A stretch of DNA of 64,000 bases from the NCBI GenBank assembly GCA_964016885.1, contig CAXHJY010001226.1, positions 1 through 64,000 of the forward strand. The letters run 5' to 3'. Positions 19,794-36,838 of the stretch are shown here, one piece after another. The DNA is from Eledone cirrhosa. Lineage: Eukaryota. How positions within the stretch are numbered: the stretch's first letter is position 1; every line of letters begins with the position of its first letter. Both the position numbers and the translations under genes were made by a program. The notes beneath the pieces are model-generated. The model saw only the letters and a list, made by a program, of their open reading frames with translations. It was not told the origin of the DNA and did no database searches.

Positions 19794-22620
19794 TTTTACT
19801 CTTTTACTCTTTTACCTGTTTCAGCCATCCGGCTGAGGCCATGCTGGGGCACCGCCCTTGTTGCTACACCTCCACGTCATGCAAGTCTCGAAGATGCCTC
19901 GGCAGCCTGTTGAAGAGTTGACGTCCTGTTCGACGGTTGGTCCAGCTCCCAATGGCAAAGTTTGGTGCTAGTCCCTCCAGGATTTTCCACATGTAGATCA
20001 CTGCGTATCTCTCCCGTCTTCGCTCCAAGGAGTAGAGGTTCAGTTCCTTCAGCCTCTCCCAGTAGCTTGTCTCCCTCATCTTGGCAATCCTCTTGGTGTA
20101 GCTTCGCTGGATTGCCTCAAGCTCCGTGGTTAGTTTGACACTATGGGGTGACCACAGCTGGGAACAGTAGTCCAGGCGGCTTAGGACAAAAGTCCTCCAC
20201 AGTGTCAACATGGTGTCTCGATCTCTTGTAAGGAAAGTCCTCAAGATCCAGCCAGCGAATCGTCTACATGCTGTCGCCACCTTCATGATGTGTGAAGAAA
20301 AAGATGCATCATCGCTCATGTCTATGCCCAGGTCTCGTATCGATTTTGACACGGGGATATCGGTCCCTCCTGGTCCTGTGTAGCTGTGTTCCGCTATATT
20401 TGTGTTTGTGTTTGCAGGTTTGTATTGTAGGGCTTGGAATTTGCCAGCATTAAACTGCATGTTGTTTTCTTCCGCCCATCTGTATATGGCATCCAGATCC
20501 TGCTGTAAGAGGGCAGCGTCAGCCGGGTTTTTGATTGCCTGTGCTACCTTAGTGTCATCAGCATAGCTAGTGAGGGATGTTGTTGCATGCACCACAGAGG
20601 GCATGTCCGAGAGAGCCACCAAAAACAGTAGTGGTCCCAGGACTGTCCCCTGAGGCACCCCGCTTGTTATCGGTGTTTCCCTCGAGAGGGCCCCATTTGC
20701 TGCGACTGCCTGGCTTCTGTCCCTCAGGAAGCCATGCAGCCACTCACCTACTTTTCCAGTTATGCCGAGTCCGTGTAGTTTGTGACATGTCATTCCGTGG
20801 TCGACCTTGTCAAAGGCCTTCGCAAAGTCAAGATATATCACGTCTACATGTGAGCTGTCTAGTAGCTGTCTCAGTACCCAGTCGTAGTGATGTAGCAGCT
20901 GTGTAAGGCAGCTTCTTCCTGGGCGGAAGCCATGTTGCGTGCTAGTCAGGCGGTCATTTTCTTCGAGGAAAGTGATTAGTTTCTTTCTGACGACTCGCTC
21001 CATGACCTTACTGATATGCGACGTCAGGGAGACTGGCCTATAGTTCTTGGCCTCCGCTCTACTACCTCCTTTATGGATAGGGCATATTGTGCCTTCTTTC
21101 AGCTCCCTGGGTAGTACACCGCTAGCCAAGGAGCTTCTGAAGAGCATCTTCAGTGGAGTTGCTAAGGCCCGCTTACATATTTTTAGGAGAACTGCTGGGA
21201 ATCCATCAGGTCCAGCAGCCGAGTCTGTTCTAATTTCATCAATGGCGTACACCACATCCTCCTCCGTTATGTCTATGTGGTTGATGGTTGCCATTTCTTG
21301 ATGTAGTGTTGTGGCATCAAAGAACTCCTCTGGCTTCGTTATTTGCATGTGCCTCAGTGGACATGTGAAGACACTTTTGTACTGTTCGTTCAGTATTTCA
21401 CATATCTCTTGGGGATTTTCGGTTAATGAACCGTCCGTGTGGAAGAGTGGTCCAATCTTGCAGTGTACTGAGGCAGTTTCTTTTGCAAATTTAAAGAAGG
21501 CCTTAGGGTTTGTTTTAATGTTTTCTATGGCCCTGTTCTCTTTCCTTGCCCTCTCATTCTCATGTGAAAGCTTGAGTGCAATCTCGGTGTCAAGTAGTGC
21601 ACGTTTCAAATAGGATTCCTTCTTGTTTTGGTTTTGTTGACTATTCAACTGGTTTGAGAGTTTAGTTCTACGTCTCATAACGATTTTCCTATCTCTGGGA
21701 ATAAGATTTTTGTGTCTGTTTGCCTCTTTCTCCGGGACACACTTTTTGCATATGGTGTGTATCGTTGTCATGAAGTGTTGAAATTGTGTGTTAGTGTCTT
21801 GTGTGACGATGTTTGCACTCCATGTTTGCTTCCGGATTTCACTCTTAATCTTCTTCCAGTCAGCCCCGTAGAAGTTAAGGCTGGATAGCGTCCCGGAGCT
21901 TCTTGGTGGTTTTGTCTCTGTTGGTTCTCTTGGACCACATATCATTAGCTCTACCAAGTTATGATCCGAGAGAATTGTTGGTGTCACCTTTACATTGTGG
22001 ATGAGCACTTCGTTGTTTGTAAAACAGAGGTCCAGGACATTTTCGCCTCTTGTTGGGAGGAGTATTGCTTGCTCCATGAACAGCCTGTGTGTGAGGGCCA
22101 GCAGGGATTCCGTCTGTCTCTGTTCTATTGACGTCATTCCAGGGAGGAGGTGGCCCTCAGGCCATTTGACCTTTGGTAGGTTGAAGTCTCCCAGCAGTAG
22201 GATGTTGAGACCCTGGTCCAGTTTGTCAAGAACCTCTTCTATCCTACTTAGGCTATCCTCAAATTTACCCTCATGACTGGGGGCATCGAGCGGCCGATAT
22301 GTGACACATATTACCGTCTGTAGTTGCTTCATATGTATTATCAGTGTGTCACAGACTGAGTTTGAATGTGTCAACAGTACAATTGGTGTGACATCTTCAC
22401 GGATATACAGAGCAACCCCACCATGAGTTCTCTCCTTCCTGTCCGAACGAAATACAGTATATTTCGGTATATGTATTTCTGCATCTGCTATACTGCTTGT
22501 CAGGTGCGTTTCGGTTAGTGCCATGCATAGTGCTTGATTGCTTATGGCTAAGTCTCCCAGGTAGGAAATTTTACTCATGTTGCTGAGTTTCACCAGGCCC
22601 CTGACATTCAGCAGCAGCAC
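19794..22620 (-). mobile_element. CR1-clade LINE (second family), ORF1 lost
   Basis: APE-RT ORF. The 3' end reads (rc) GGCGGTGCCCCAGCATGGCC...CTGAAACAGGTAAAAGAGTAAAAGAGTAAAAA. Confidence 0.88.
19864..22620 (-). CDS. APE-RT ORF2, open but with C-terminal deletions; real coding part of track ORF 19864-24774
   Basis: [83 protein letters not shown]. Confidence 0.88.
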   Translation of the reverse strand: MLLLNVRGLVKLSNMSKISYLGDLAISNQALCMALTETHLTSSIADAEIHIPKYTVFRSDRKERTHGGVALYIREDVTPIVLLTHSNSVCDTLIIHMKQLQTVICVTYRPLDAPSHEGKFEDSLSRIEEVLDKLDQGLNILLLGDFNLPKVKWPEGHLLPGMTSIEQRQTESLLALTHRLFMEQAILLPTRGENVLDLCFTNNEVLIHNVKVTPTILSDHNLVELMICGPREPTETKPPRSSGTLSSLNFYGADWKKIKSEIRKQTWSANIVTQDTNTQFQHFMTTIHTICKKCVPEKEANRHKNLIPRDRKIVMRRRTKLSNQLNSQQNQNKKESYLKRALLDTEIALKLSHENERARKENRAIENIKTNPKAFFKFAKETASVHCKIGPLFHTDGSLTENPQEICEILNEQYKSVFTCPLRHMQITKPEEFFDATTLHQEMATINHIDITEEDVVYAIDEIRTDSAAGPDGFPAVLLKICKRALATPLKMLFRSSLASGVLPRELKEGTICPIHKGGSRAEAKNYRPVSLTSHISKVMERVVRKKLITFLEENDRLTSTQHGFRPGRSCLTQLLHHYDWVLRQLLDSSHVDVIYLDFAKAFDKVDHGMTCHKLHGLGITGKVGEWLHGFLRDRSQAVAANGALSRETPITSGVPQGTVLGPLLFLVALSDMPSVVHATTSLTSYADDTKVAQAIKNPADAALLQQDLDAIYRWAEENNMQFNAGKFQALQYKPANTNTNIAEHSYTGPGGTDIPVSKSIRDLGIDMSDDASFSSHIMKVATACRRFAGWILRTFLTRDRDTMLTLWRTFVLSRLDYCSQLWSPHSVKLTTELEAIQRSYTKRIAKMRETSYWERLKELNLYSLERRRERYAVIYMWKILEGLAPNFAIGSWTNRRTGRQLFNRLPRHLRDLHDVEV

Positions 22621-25216
<2,596 letters not shown>

Positions 25217-25985
25217 TAAGACAGGAGGGAAGAAAAAATGGCTTCACTTGTGCTTTCAACAAATTTATTTTCTTCACAAAATCCAAAAAGAATTTTTCTT
25301 AAAAAAAATTATTTTATAAATTAAGTTGTTGGTTGTTGGTTAGGTCTTAGGAGTTCTTGGTTAACGTAGGAGGTATTGTTTCGTTTTTAGAAAGACCTTT
25401 CACGCTGAGGTGCGCTTGTCAAACTGACGTGTATGTGGTGTGTTGTTCTATATATAGGGATTTAACATGTCTGTGGTGTGTATTTTCTCCCCCTTTAATA
25501 AGTGCATGGGTGTAGGTGTGTTGAAAAAGTGTTCATAGCAGTAATGAGTTGAGACGGTGAGTAGGGTCTGGTGGGGAGAAATGTAGCAAGTGCGGCCTGC
25601 CCTGGTTATTCTCGAAAAATTCCTTTATTCAGGGGAAAAAGCTTTTACTATTGCTTTTGTGTTGAGAATGGTCACAGGCAAATTGCACCTGTCAAGTTTG
25701 TGAATAATTATTTTTTTCTTTTTTTCCTGAAGAATTTTTCTACGTCCATCCCAAAGTTAGTCCTTTGTTCAACACACACATATGTGCGCATACACGTACA
25801 TACACACACAGGCATATGTAGGAATATATAGGCACACACCATCAATCACACACCCATGTATAAATACATCCACATACATACACAAAAACATATAGAGACA
25901 CATATAAAAACACACATACACATACGTACACACACGAATATGAACTCATACCTCCACATGGGTATATATATATATATATACATAT

Positions 25986-26159
<174 letters not shown>

Positions 26160-26340
26160 TACATATATACATACATATACATACATACATATACATACAT
26201 ATACACACATAAAGATACATAACTAAATATACATATATACACATACACGCACACATACACACACACACACACACGCACGTGTATACACATATGTATATAT
26301 GTATATATATATAAATATATATATATATATAGTAATAATA

Positions 26341-26971
26341 ATAAATTTGAATATTAAAATCCAAAGAGGGCTCGATAAGGATAAATATATATCAAATATA
26401 TAAGAACCGTAGAGCAAATATTTATTAAAATAACAGATTAAAGTTTAAGCAAAGAATCGCTGCTTTCACCCTTAATGGGATCTTCTGAAACTAACAAAGT
26501 CAATCTGTAAACGCAGAACTGGATATTTCAAAAAACTCTGTAGCGGAGATTCATTTGGTCTCCTAGTTAGAATTTTAGTCTACGACTTCTGCTTTACCAT
26601 TTACGTGGTTGTATCTTTGCGTGGTTGTATCTCCAATGCTCCACATGACGTATTATCTTCGTTTTTTCCTTCATTGCCAGAAAACGTCTCTATGCACCAC
26701 CTAAGAGAACATTAGTCTATACGTGGTTCTGTCTTTGCGCGTAATTGTTTTTCACCGCTCCTATTAATGACGTATTATTCGTTCTTTCCCGTTCTTTGCC
26801 AGCGAACGTTACCACGAACCAAAGTATCGTCTTCCTGTCTTCCTCCGGTTGCAACGTTTTTTTAAATATCCTGTTCTGCATTTACAGATTGACTTTGTTA
26901 GTTTCAGAAGATCCCGTTAAGAGTGAAAGCAGCGATTCTTTGCTTAAACTTTAATCTGTTATTTTAATAAA
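26341..26971 (-). mobile_element. Non-coding mini element with ~115-bp inverted repeats and a one-sided tail (PLE-like architecture)
   Basis: 26421-26536 is the rc of 26856-26971; extra ~80-nt tail on the left; internal diverged direct repeats; microsatellite on both sides. Confidence 0.7.
26900..26950 (+). ncRNA. Hammerhead-like fold with non-canonical core CAGAAGA (mirror copy 26442-26492, minus strand)
   Basis: AGTTT-CAGAAGA-TCCC..GGGT/GAGT-GAAA-GCA..TGC-TT-AAACT; stems I, II and III can all form. Confidence 0.45.
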
Positions 26972-26987
26972 CATATATATATATATG

Positions 26988-27038
<51 letters not shown>

Positions 27039-27053
27039 GTATATATATATATG

Positions 27054-27130
<77 letters not shown>

Positions 27131-27137
27131 GTATATC

Positions 27138-27174
<37 letters not shown>

Positions 27175-27341
27175 GTATATATATATGTATATCTATATAT
27201 ATATATATGTATATATATATGTATATCTATATATATATATATATGTATATCTATATATATATCTATATATATATATATATGTGTATATATATATATGTAT
27301 ATCTATATATATATATATATGTGTATATATATATATGTATA

Positions 27342-27384
<43 letters not shown>

Positions 27385-27641
27385 ATATATATATATCTAT
27401 ATATATATATCTATATATATCTATATATATATATCTATATATATATATCTATATATCTATCTATATATATATCTATATATATATCTATCTATCTATATAT
27501 CTATCTATATATCTATATATCTATATATATATCTATATATATATATCTATATATATATCTATATATATATCTATATATATATCTATATATATATCTATAT
27601 ATATATCTATATATATATCTATATCTATATATATATATATA
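26972..27641. repeat. (TA)n microsatellite with TG/TC interruptions
   Basis: Directly visible. Confidence 0.95.
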
Positions 27642-28572
27642 TGACAAATTCACTCACTTTGATCTCAGCAAACAGGGGAGATAAGCCGACAAGACTTGTT
27701 GCGCTTTGGTTGAAGCTTATCAAGGCCAACTACCCCACCTGTTTGCTGAGATCATCGATGTTATACTCTTATAGAAATCTAGTAAATAATCAGGAGCTGA
27801 TTATGCAGAGCGGTTGTTGGTCAGGCAGAAATTAAAGATTAGAATTGGAGCTCTGAAATAGCAATATATATATGGATGTATATATAATGTATTTTGCAAT
27901 ACACTTTATGCTTAATTAAAAGCATTTTGAAGACCGTAAGCTATTGTTTTAAAGTAGTGACAAATTCACTCACTTTGATCTCAGCAAACAGGGGAGATAA
28001 GCCGACAAGACTTGTTTCGCTTTGGTTGAAGCTTATCAAGGCCAACTACCCCCACCTGTTTGCTGAGATCATTGATGTTATATTCTTATAGAAATCTAGT
28101 AAATAATCAGGAGCTGATTATGCAGAGTGGTTGTTGGTCAGGCAAAAATTAAAGATTAGAATTGGAGCTCTGAAATAGCAATATATATATGGATGTATAT
28201 ATAATGTATTTTGCTATACACTTTATGCTTAATTAAAAGCATTTTGAAGACCGTAAGCTATTGTTTTAAAGTAGTGACAAATTCACTCACTTTGATCTCA
28301 GCAAACAGGAGAGATAAGCCGACAAGACTTGTTTCGCTTTGGTTGAAGCTTATCAAGGCCAACTACCCCACCTGTTTGCTGTTGATAAGCTTCAACCAAA
28401 GCGAAACAAGTCTTGTCGGCTTATCTCCCGTTTGCTGAGATCAGAGTGAGTGAATTTGTCACTACTTTAAAACAATAGCTTACGGTCTTCAAAATGCTTT
28501 TAATTAAGCATAAAGTGTATTGCAAAATACATTATATATACATCCATATATATATTGCTATTTCAGAGCTCC
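27642..28572 (-). mobile_element. Candidate non-LTR retrozyme: 2.3 tandem 316/317-bp units plus an inverted partial unit
   Basis: Units start at 27642, 27958 and 28275 (the third ends at 28380); 28382-28572 is an inverted copy; each unit contains an HHR. Confidence 0.8.
27976..28071 (-). ncRNA. Type I hammerhead ribozyme, U3-A8 core variant (unit 2; unit 3 copy 28293-28380, mutated unit 1 copy 27660-27754)
   Basis: rc GGCC-TTGATAA-GCTT caacca AAGC-GAAAC AAGTCTT GTC^GGCT, enclosed by the 17-bp helix TGATCTCAGCAAACAGG/CCTGTTTGCTGAGATCA. Confidence 0.8.
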
Positions 28573-29490
<918 letters not shown>

Positions 29491-32400
29491 ATCATCATCA
29501 TCATCATCATCATCAACGTTTAACGTCCGTGTTCCACGCTTGCATGGGTTTGGACGGGGGTAGTCCCACTTGAGGCAAGAGTGATTGTCTTGCTCGCATA
29601 GGACTGTCTGGCAGGTTTTCTACAGTTGGATGCCCTTCCTAACACCAACCACATTTACAGTGTGGGTCTGGGAGGTTTTTACCGTGTTGCCTACACGGCC
29701 ACATTACAGCGTGGACTGTGTGTTTTTTTTGTCGTGACACCTACACGATCTCATTTGTTTCGGCCTGGATGGCGCGGCACCAACATAACTTTACATAGAA
29801 CGGGGTGGTGTGGATGGGGTGGGGGTGGCGGCGGGAGGGGTGTATTTTGTTAGAGATGCCTACTGGCAAGGCGGGTCTTCTCTGTTACTGAGTACCGCCA
29901 AAGGTCACGGTCCAGTGACATTGTCTTGGAGAGGTGTAAGTGTGTGAGGTCGGAGTTTATCAGCTCATCCCATGTTTTTCTAGGTCTGCCTATTCCGTGG
30001 CTACCGTCTATCTTTATTGCCCTGCACTTTGTAATACAGCTATCGACTTTCATGCGCATCACGTGTCCATACCAACGCAGCCTTCTCTCGAGTAAACAAC
30101 ATCTGATCCCTCTTATCTCTAATTTTTTCCTTAGTTCGTTTATGCTTTGCCGTTCACGTATATTACTGTTACACATCCAGCGGAGCATGCAAGCTTCGTT
30201 CCTCTCTAGTCTGCGTATATCCTCTGCACACAATGCCCAGGTCTCACTACCATGCAACATTGCTGTTCGTATGCAGGCATCGTACAACCTGCCTTTCATT
30301 TTTAGGGAGAACCCTTTAGCAGCTAATAGTGGTATAAGCTCTCTGAACTTTTTCCAACCAGTTCTGACTCTAGCTACAGTACTTTCAGAGCACCCTCCCC
30401 CACTGCTGATTTTATCGCCCAGGTAACGGAAGCTGTCCACTATTTCTATAAAACCCTCTGCGCAATTGAAAGAGCTAGTATTTTGTGGGCACTTGCTGCT
30501 ACTTATTGCACCAGAACACCGGCCACATGTAAAGTCTATGTTCTTAGTTAGCTTACCTGTGATCCCACTACATCTTTTATGCACCCATACTTTGCATTTA
30601 GGACATAAGATGGAGTTTCTACCTACGCCTTTCCTACATACCGAGCACGACCATTTCCCAGAAGGGACCGCCGCCTTGTTTTCTTTCCTACAAACTAGAA
30701 CTTTGGTCTTAGCCAGGTTAATTTTAAGTCCTTTTGACTCTAGGCCGTGCTTCCATGTTTGGAATTTCTTCTCTAGCTCGGCCATTGATTCCGCTATGAG
30801 TGTCAGGTCGTCTGCGTATAGGAGTTCCCATGGGCAGCCTGTCTTGAACTCCTCTGTTATAGCCTGAAGGGCAATAATAAATAGTAGGGGGCTGAGAACA
30901 GAGCCCTGATGGACGCCAACTTTTACGCTAAACTCTTCACTATATTCGTTGTTAATTCTAACCTTGCTGACTGTTTCTTTATACATGGCTTGTATAGCCC
31001 TCACAAGCCATTCGTCAACGCCTAGTTTTCTAAGAGCCCACCAGATAATGGAGCGGGGGACTCTGTCGAAGGCTTTCTCCAGGTCGACAAAAGCTAAGTA
31101 GAGGGGTTTACCTTTAGCTAGGTACTTCTCCTGTAGTTGTCGTACTATGAAAAGAGCGTCTGTGGTGCTTTTGCCTGACACAAACCCGAACTGCATTTCA
31201 TCTAGATCAATTCTCTCTCTGATTAGTTGCGCTATTACTTTTTCCGTGACCTTCATGACCTGGTCGATTAATTTAATGCCTCTATAGTTACTCCTATCTA
31301 GGGCGTCTCCTTTACCCTTATAACAGTTAACGATGATGCTGCTATGCCAGTCCTTCGGAACAACCCCATTCTGTACGACTTGGTTAACTATGCGGGTGAC
31401 CATGGTGTGTCCCACCGTGCCAGATGCCTTCAGCATCTCAGCAACTATTTCCGAAGGCCCAGCCGCCTTACCAGTCTTCATATCCTTGATTGCCTTACTT
31501 ATTATACTCCCCTCGACTAACACTGCTGGTCCCTCTATCGGGTCGATATGGGGGAGACTGTCTTTCTCCCATTTATTCTCCTCATTTAGTAGCCTTTCAT
31601 AGTGACACTTCCAAGCTACCTTCTTATCAGTGTCGGTGATGGCAAGTATGCCATCATCGTTAAGTACACACTTCTCCCCGACAATATCACGGTTTTCCTT
31701 GACGCATTGCCTGGCAATCCTGAACACCTCACGTTTTTGGTCATCGCGTTGTAGAACATGCTTGAACTTTCTTTCCTCAGCTTCCCTTCTTGCTAAGTAC
31801 ACTTCTCTCCTAGCTTCCCTCCTGGCCACTTGATAGTCTACTCTACTTCCCCCATCCCGCCATACTTTCCAAGCCTGCTTTTTGGCCTTAATTGACCCCT
31901 CCACCTTACTGTTCCACCACCATGTTACTCTCCTCCTGCCTACAGGCCTGCTCCAGCCACAGACTTCGTCTGTCGCCAACAGCAGGTTAGCTTTCAGAAA
32001 TTTCCACTGTCCCTCTATATTGTCCGATTCTAGATGCTCTTCCTTACTGTCGAAAGCATCAAGTAATATGCTTTGAAATTTATTTCTGGCTGAGGGGTCT
32101 TTTAGTTTCCATATTTTCCTCCTGAGGATAGTCCTCTTCTGCTGTCGGGTGCGTCTCGTCCTGACTATGAGGTCGCTAATTATCAGTCTATGTTGGGAGG
32201 TGCATTCTTCATGGGGGAGGGATTTAGTGTTTACAACAGACACTCTGTCACGTCTTCTGGTAAGGATATAATCTACCTGGCTTGTGTGTTCCCCGGATCT
32301 ATAGGTAATCAGGTGATTGTCACGTTTTTTGAAGTTAGTGTTACAGATAGTTAGGTTATTTGCATCACAGTATTCCAGAATTCTGGAGCCTTCCTCATTT

Positions 32401-33525
32401 CTAGTACCAAACCCATAGCCTCCATGGATTTCGTCATAGCCGTCACAATGTTGTCCAACGTGACCATTTAGGTCGCCTGCAATAATTATATAGTCACTGT
32501 CAGATATTTGGGAGGTAGTTAGCAACAGTGTCTCATAGAATCTGTCTTTTATAGTGCCGGGCAGTCCGGATTGGGGTGCGTACGCAGATATTACTGTCAC
32601 CGTAGTTCTATTGAGGACAAGTCTTATTTTAATTATTCTGTCGTTCACTCTATTTACGTCTATTATCTTATCTGCCCACTTTTCTGCTACCATGATTCCT
32701 ACTCCACCCAGCCCATCGTCGTTTCCCACCCAGAAAAGCTTATAACATCGTTTTTTACCCTCAATGAATCTAGCAGACCCACCCCTCCACCTGGTCTCTT
32801 GAATACAACAAACATCGACCTCCTTACGTTCAAGCATTTCTACAACCTCGTTAGCGCGACCCTTTAGGGTGCCTATATTTATGGTACCAACTCTGAAGTT
32901 TTGGGTTGCGTTTGGAGGGTGGGGGTGGTGGGGGGCGGGAGGAGATAGGGTTATGTTAGCCATCCGCGGACGAAACAAAGAGGAGTGCTCGCATTCTCGT
33001 CCACGAGGTGAATTTGACTTTAACTTTGGCATTTTCGCTCTGGGCGTCCAGATTTTTCTCTCCCTTCCACTCTCCAAGGATTCCGCAGTCCGTCCGTCCA
33101 TCCATCCATCCATCCATCCATCGTATATCGAAGGCAACCGGGCAAGCGATAGTATAGGCCTCTGGCTTATGATTTGGTCCGCGTAATAATAATAATGGTG
33201 ATGCGTGGGGGTGGGGGTGGGTGGCTCTGGCTTATAATAATGGTGGTGATGCGGGGGGGGGGGGGGGGGGGGGCTCTCGCTTATGATTGGTCCACGTATT
33301 AAGTATGGTGGCGTGTGGGGGCGGGAGGGAGGGGTGTGGGGTAGCTAGCTGGAAGGTTATGAATGTTTAACAAGCGATTTAACAAAAAGCAAAACTGCAA
33401 GATTTGTTCTGTTCAATACGACAAAAACACCGTATTTAAACCTTAAATAGATAACAAAAAAATACAGATTTCGGATTTTGCGAGATTGGATGTTTGTTTG
33501 GACTGTGTACGGAATTGAGCGTGGA
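29491..33525 (-). mobile_element. RTE-A copy 3, full length
   Basis: 5'UTR with CCAAT-containing monomers, intact ORF, 3'UTR and (GAT)n tail; both ends in TA-type arrays. Confidence 0.95.
29850..33032 (-). CDS. Intact RTE ORF (~1060 aa): APE endonuclease and reverse transcriptase with an inserted PHD finger
   Basis: No stops from MPKLK to the end; all APE and RT motifs present (GTINIGTL, IQETRW, GDLNGH, QVDYIL, YADD, FRYLG). Confidence 0.92.
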   Translation of the reverse strand: MPKLKSNSPRGRECEHSSLFRPRMANITLSPPAPHHPHPPNATQNFRVGTINIGTLKGRANEVVEMLERKEVDVCCIQETRWRGGSARFIEGKKRCYKLFWVGNDDGLGGVGIMVAEKWADKIIDVNRVNDRIIKIRLVLNRTTVTVISAYAPQSGLPGTIKDRFYETLLLTTSQISDSDYIIIAGDLNGHVGQHCDGYDEIHGGYGFGTRNEEGSRILEYCDANNLTICNTNFKKRDNHLITYRSGEHTSQVDYILTRRRDRVSVVNTKSLPHEECTSQHRLIISDLIVRTRRTRQQKRTILRRKIWKLKDPSARNKFQSILLDAFDSKEEHLESDNIEGQWKFLKANLLLATDEVCGWSRPVGRRRVTWWWNSKVEGSIKAKKQAWKVWRDGGSRVDYQVARREARREVYLARREAEERKFKHVLQRDDQKREVFRIARQCVKENRDIVGEKCVLNDDGILAITDTDKKVAWKCHYERLLNEENKWEKDSLPHIDPIEGPAVLVEGSIISKAIKDMKTGKAAGPSEIVAEMLKASGTVGHTMVTRIVNQVVQNGVVPKDWHSSIIVNCYKGKGDALDRSNYRGIKLIDQVMKVTEKVIAQLIRERIDLDEMQFGFVSGKSTTDALFIVRQLQEKYLAKGKPLYLAFVDLEKAFDRVPRSIIWWALRKLGVDEWLVRAIQAMYKETVSKVRINNEYSEEFSVKVGVHQGSVLSPLLFIIALQAITEEFKTGCPWELLYADDLTLIAESMAELEKKFQTWKHGLESKGLKINLAKTKVLVCRKENKAAVPSGKWSCSVCRKGVGRNSILCPKCKVWVHKRCSGITGKLTKNIDFTCGRCSGAISSSKCPQNTSSFNCAEGFIEIVDSFRYLGDKISSGGGCSESTVARVRTGWKKFRELIPLLAAKGFSLKMKGRLYDACIRTAMLHGSETWALCAEDIRRLERNEACMLRWMCNSNIRERQSINELRKKLEIRGIRCCLLERRLRWYGHVMRMKVDSCITKCRAIKIDGSHGIGRPRKTWDELINSDLTHLHLSKTMSLDRDLWRYSVTEKTRLASRHL

Positions 33526-34987
<1,462 letters not shown>

Positions 34988-35124
34988 GTATATAAGGGAG
35001 GGGATTAGGAGTGTGTAACACTCCACTTATCCAATAGGCAGTATAAGGTTAGCTCGATGTCTGAGGACAGAGCCGTAATATAATCAACAACAAAGAACGC
35101 TTAGAGCATAGGTATATCTTTACT

Positions 35125-35170
35125 TGCTAACAGTGTTTCGTCCACACTATAAGTGGGACTCATCAGAGCA
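35125..35170 (-). ncRNA. Minimal type I hammerhead ribozyme (PLE1, sense copy)
   Basis: rc TGCT-CTGATGA-GTCCCAC ttata GTGTGGAC-GAAAC act GTT^AGCA. Confidence 0.85.
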
Positions 35171-36759
35171 TAAAGAGTGATTACATATTACACAAGCAAT
35201 AACAAAGCCAAGACAGAAGAATATATATGGGGATGCCATAAGTTGGGAGGGGTTTAAAGAGTAGAGTAAATAGAGTGTAGAAAATAAAATTGGAGGATAA
35301 AGAATAGTGAAAAGTAAAAAAAATAAACATTGAAGAAATAAAAAATAAACATTGAAAAATAAGCATTGAAAAATAAGAGGTGCTATCAGTCACAGTTGGG
35401 CAGGGTGCTGTTAACAAACAGTTACATACAAGCATACGCATAAGCATGAGCACCCGCATGCAACCACACAACAGGCAGCCATATGCAACACATATAGTAT
35501 AGACTAATACAAATAACATATCATGGACGAGTATGCAAAAGCTAAGAGATAAATGGTGGATATACAATGGGTAAAAATACAATGGGTAAAAGTAAGATAA
35601 ACAAAGGATAAAAATAGATTAACCATAGATAAAAAATAGATTAACCATGGATAAGAGATAGAGAATAGATAAGGAATAGACAAAAATAGATAAGATAGAT
35701 AAGAGTAGATAAAAATAGATAAAAAATAGATAAAAAATAAATAAAAAATAGACAAATAATATATATAAAAAATATAAAATATAAAAAATATATATATAAA
35801 ATATACAGATAATAAAGATAAAGGGTAAAGAATAAATAAAATAAAATTATATAAAATAAAATACAATGAAATAAAATAAAATAAAGTAAAGTGAGATAAG
35901 ATATATATTTTTTGAATATATTTCTTGAATATATCAGGGGCACACGAACACCTTAAGTGTTACAGTTAGCCATATCACAACAATCAAATGTTCAAATGAG
36001 ATTTATAATCAACAGGTGCTATGTCCACACTCGATTGAGTTGACCATTGCAATGCAATGGAGACATCCCAGGTTTGGCAGTCACAGAAGTTCACACTCGA
36101 AAGTCACGGGTGTGCATTCACACAGTTGAGCGGTGGGGCAATCACAAAAGGTTCACACTCGGGCAGGAATCTATTGGTCAACAGAAGTATATCCACATCA
36201 CTAGCAAGGACGTATGCAAGGAAGGTAGGTAAATTCACATGCAGCAGCAGGAACATCCATGGGCAGATAACTGAGTGTCACAACGTCACAAGGTAGCAAG
36301 CAAATTCGTTTACATCAACATGAACATCAAGAGGCAGATAAGTGGGCCGAAAGCAAGCAAGTGCAGGTGGGCTAGCCAAAAGCAAGCAAATACAGTTGGG
36401 TTAGGCGGCATACTCAACAGCGCATATAAAAAATAGCTTCAAAAGCCAATATCCATGAAATCACAACATTGAGGCATCCCAAGAATATACACAACAATAT
36501 GGTTAGTACGTATATGCATATACACACACCACATGCATATATAGAGACGGTATATATATATATATATTTATATATAGACATATACAACCACCTACACTCA
36601 TACACATATAAATGTATATACAGACACACACGCACACACACACAGCGTAGGACACCCGGGTCAAAGCGGATATAATACACAGAAATATCTTATTAGGCTA
36701 ACAAAAGGCAGAACCCACAACAGTCGCTCACACTGGTCACAGATAATAAATTTTTTTCC

Positions 36760-36838
36760 CAGCAAAATTAATCAAAATAAATTCTTACGAGGAGATGCAG
36801 CAAAATTAATCAAAGTAAATTCTTACGAAGAGATGCAT
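36760..36838. repeat. 38-bp tandem duplication in the PLE1 3' region
   Basis: CAGCAAAATTAATCAAARTAAATTCTTACGARGAGATG occurs twice. Confidence 0.8.

Noticed and set aside
25370-25740. Possible hammerhead cores in the 25-kb island
   Set aside because: Core elements and stems cannot be assembled without several changes.
27642-28572. Tandem repeat with a palindromic segment as a CRISPR-like array
   Set aside because: The whole unit repeats, there are no unique spacers or cas genes, and the context is eukaryotic.
35181-35943. Hydrophobic F/Y/I/L-rich ORFs, also in the PLE2 arms
   Set aside because: Low-complexity AT-rich PLE non-coding sequence.
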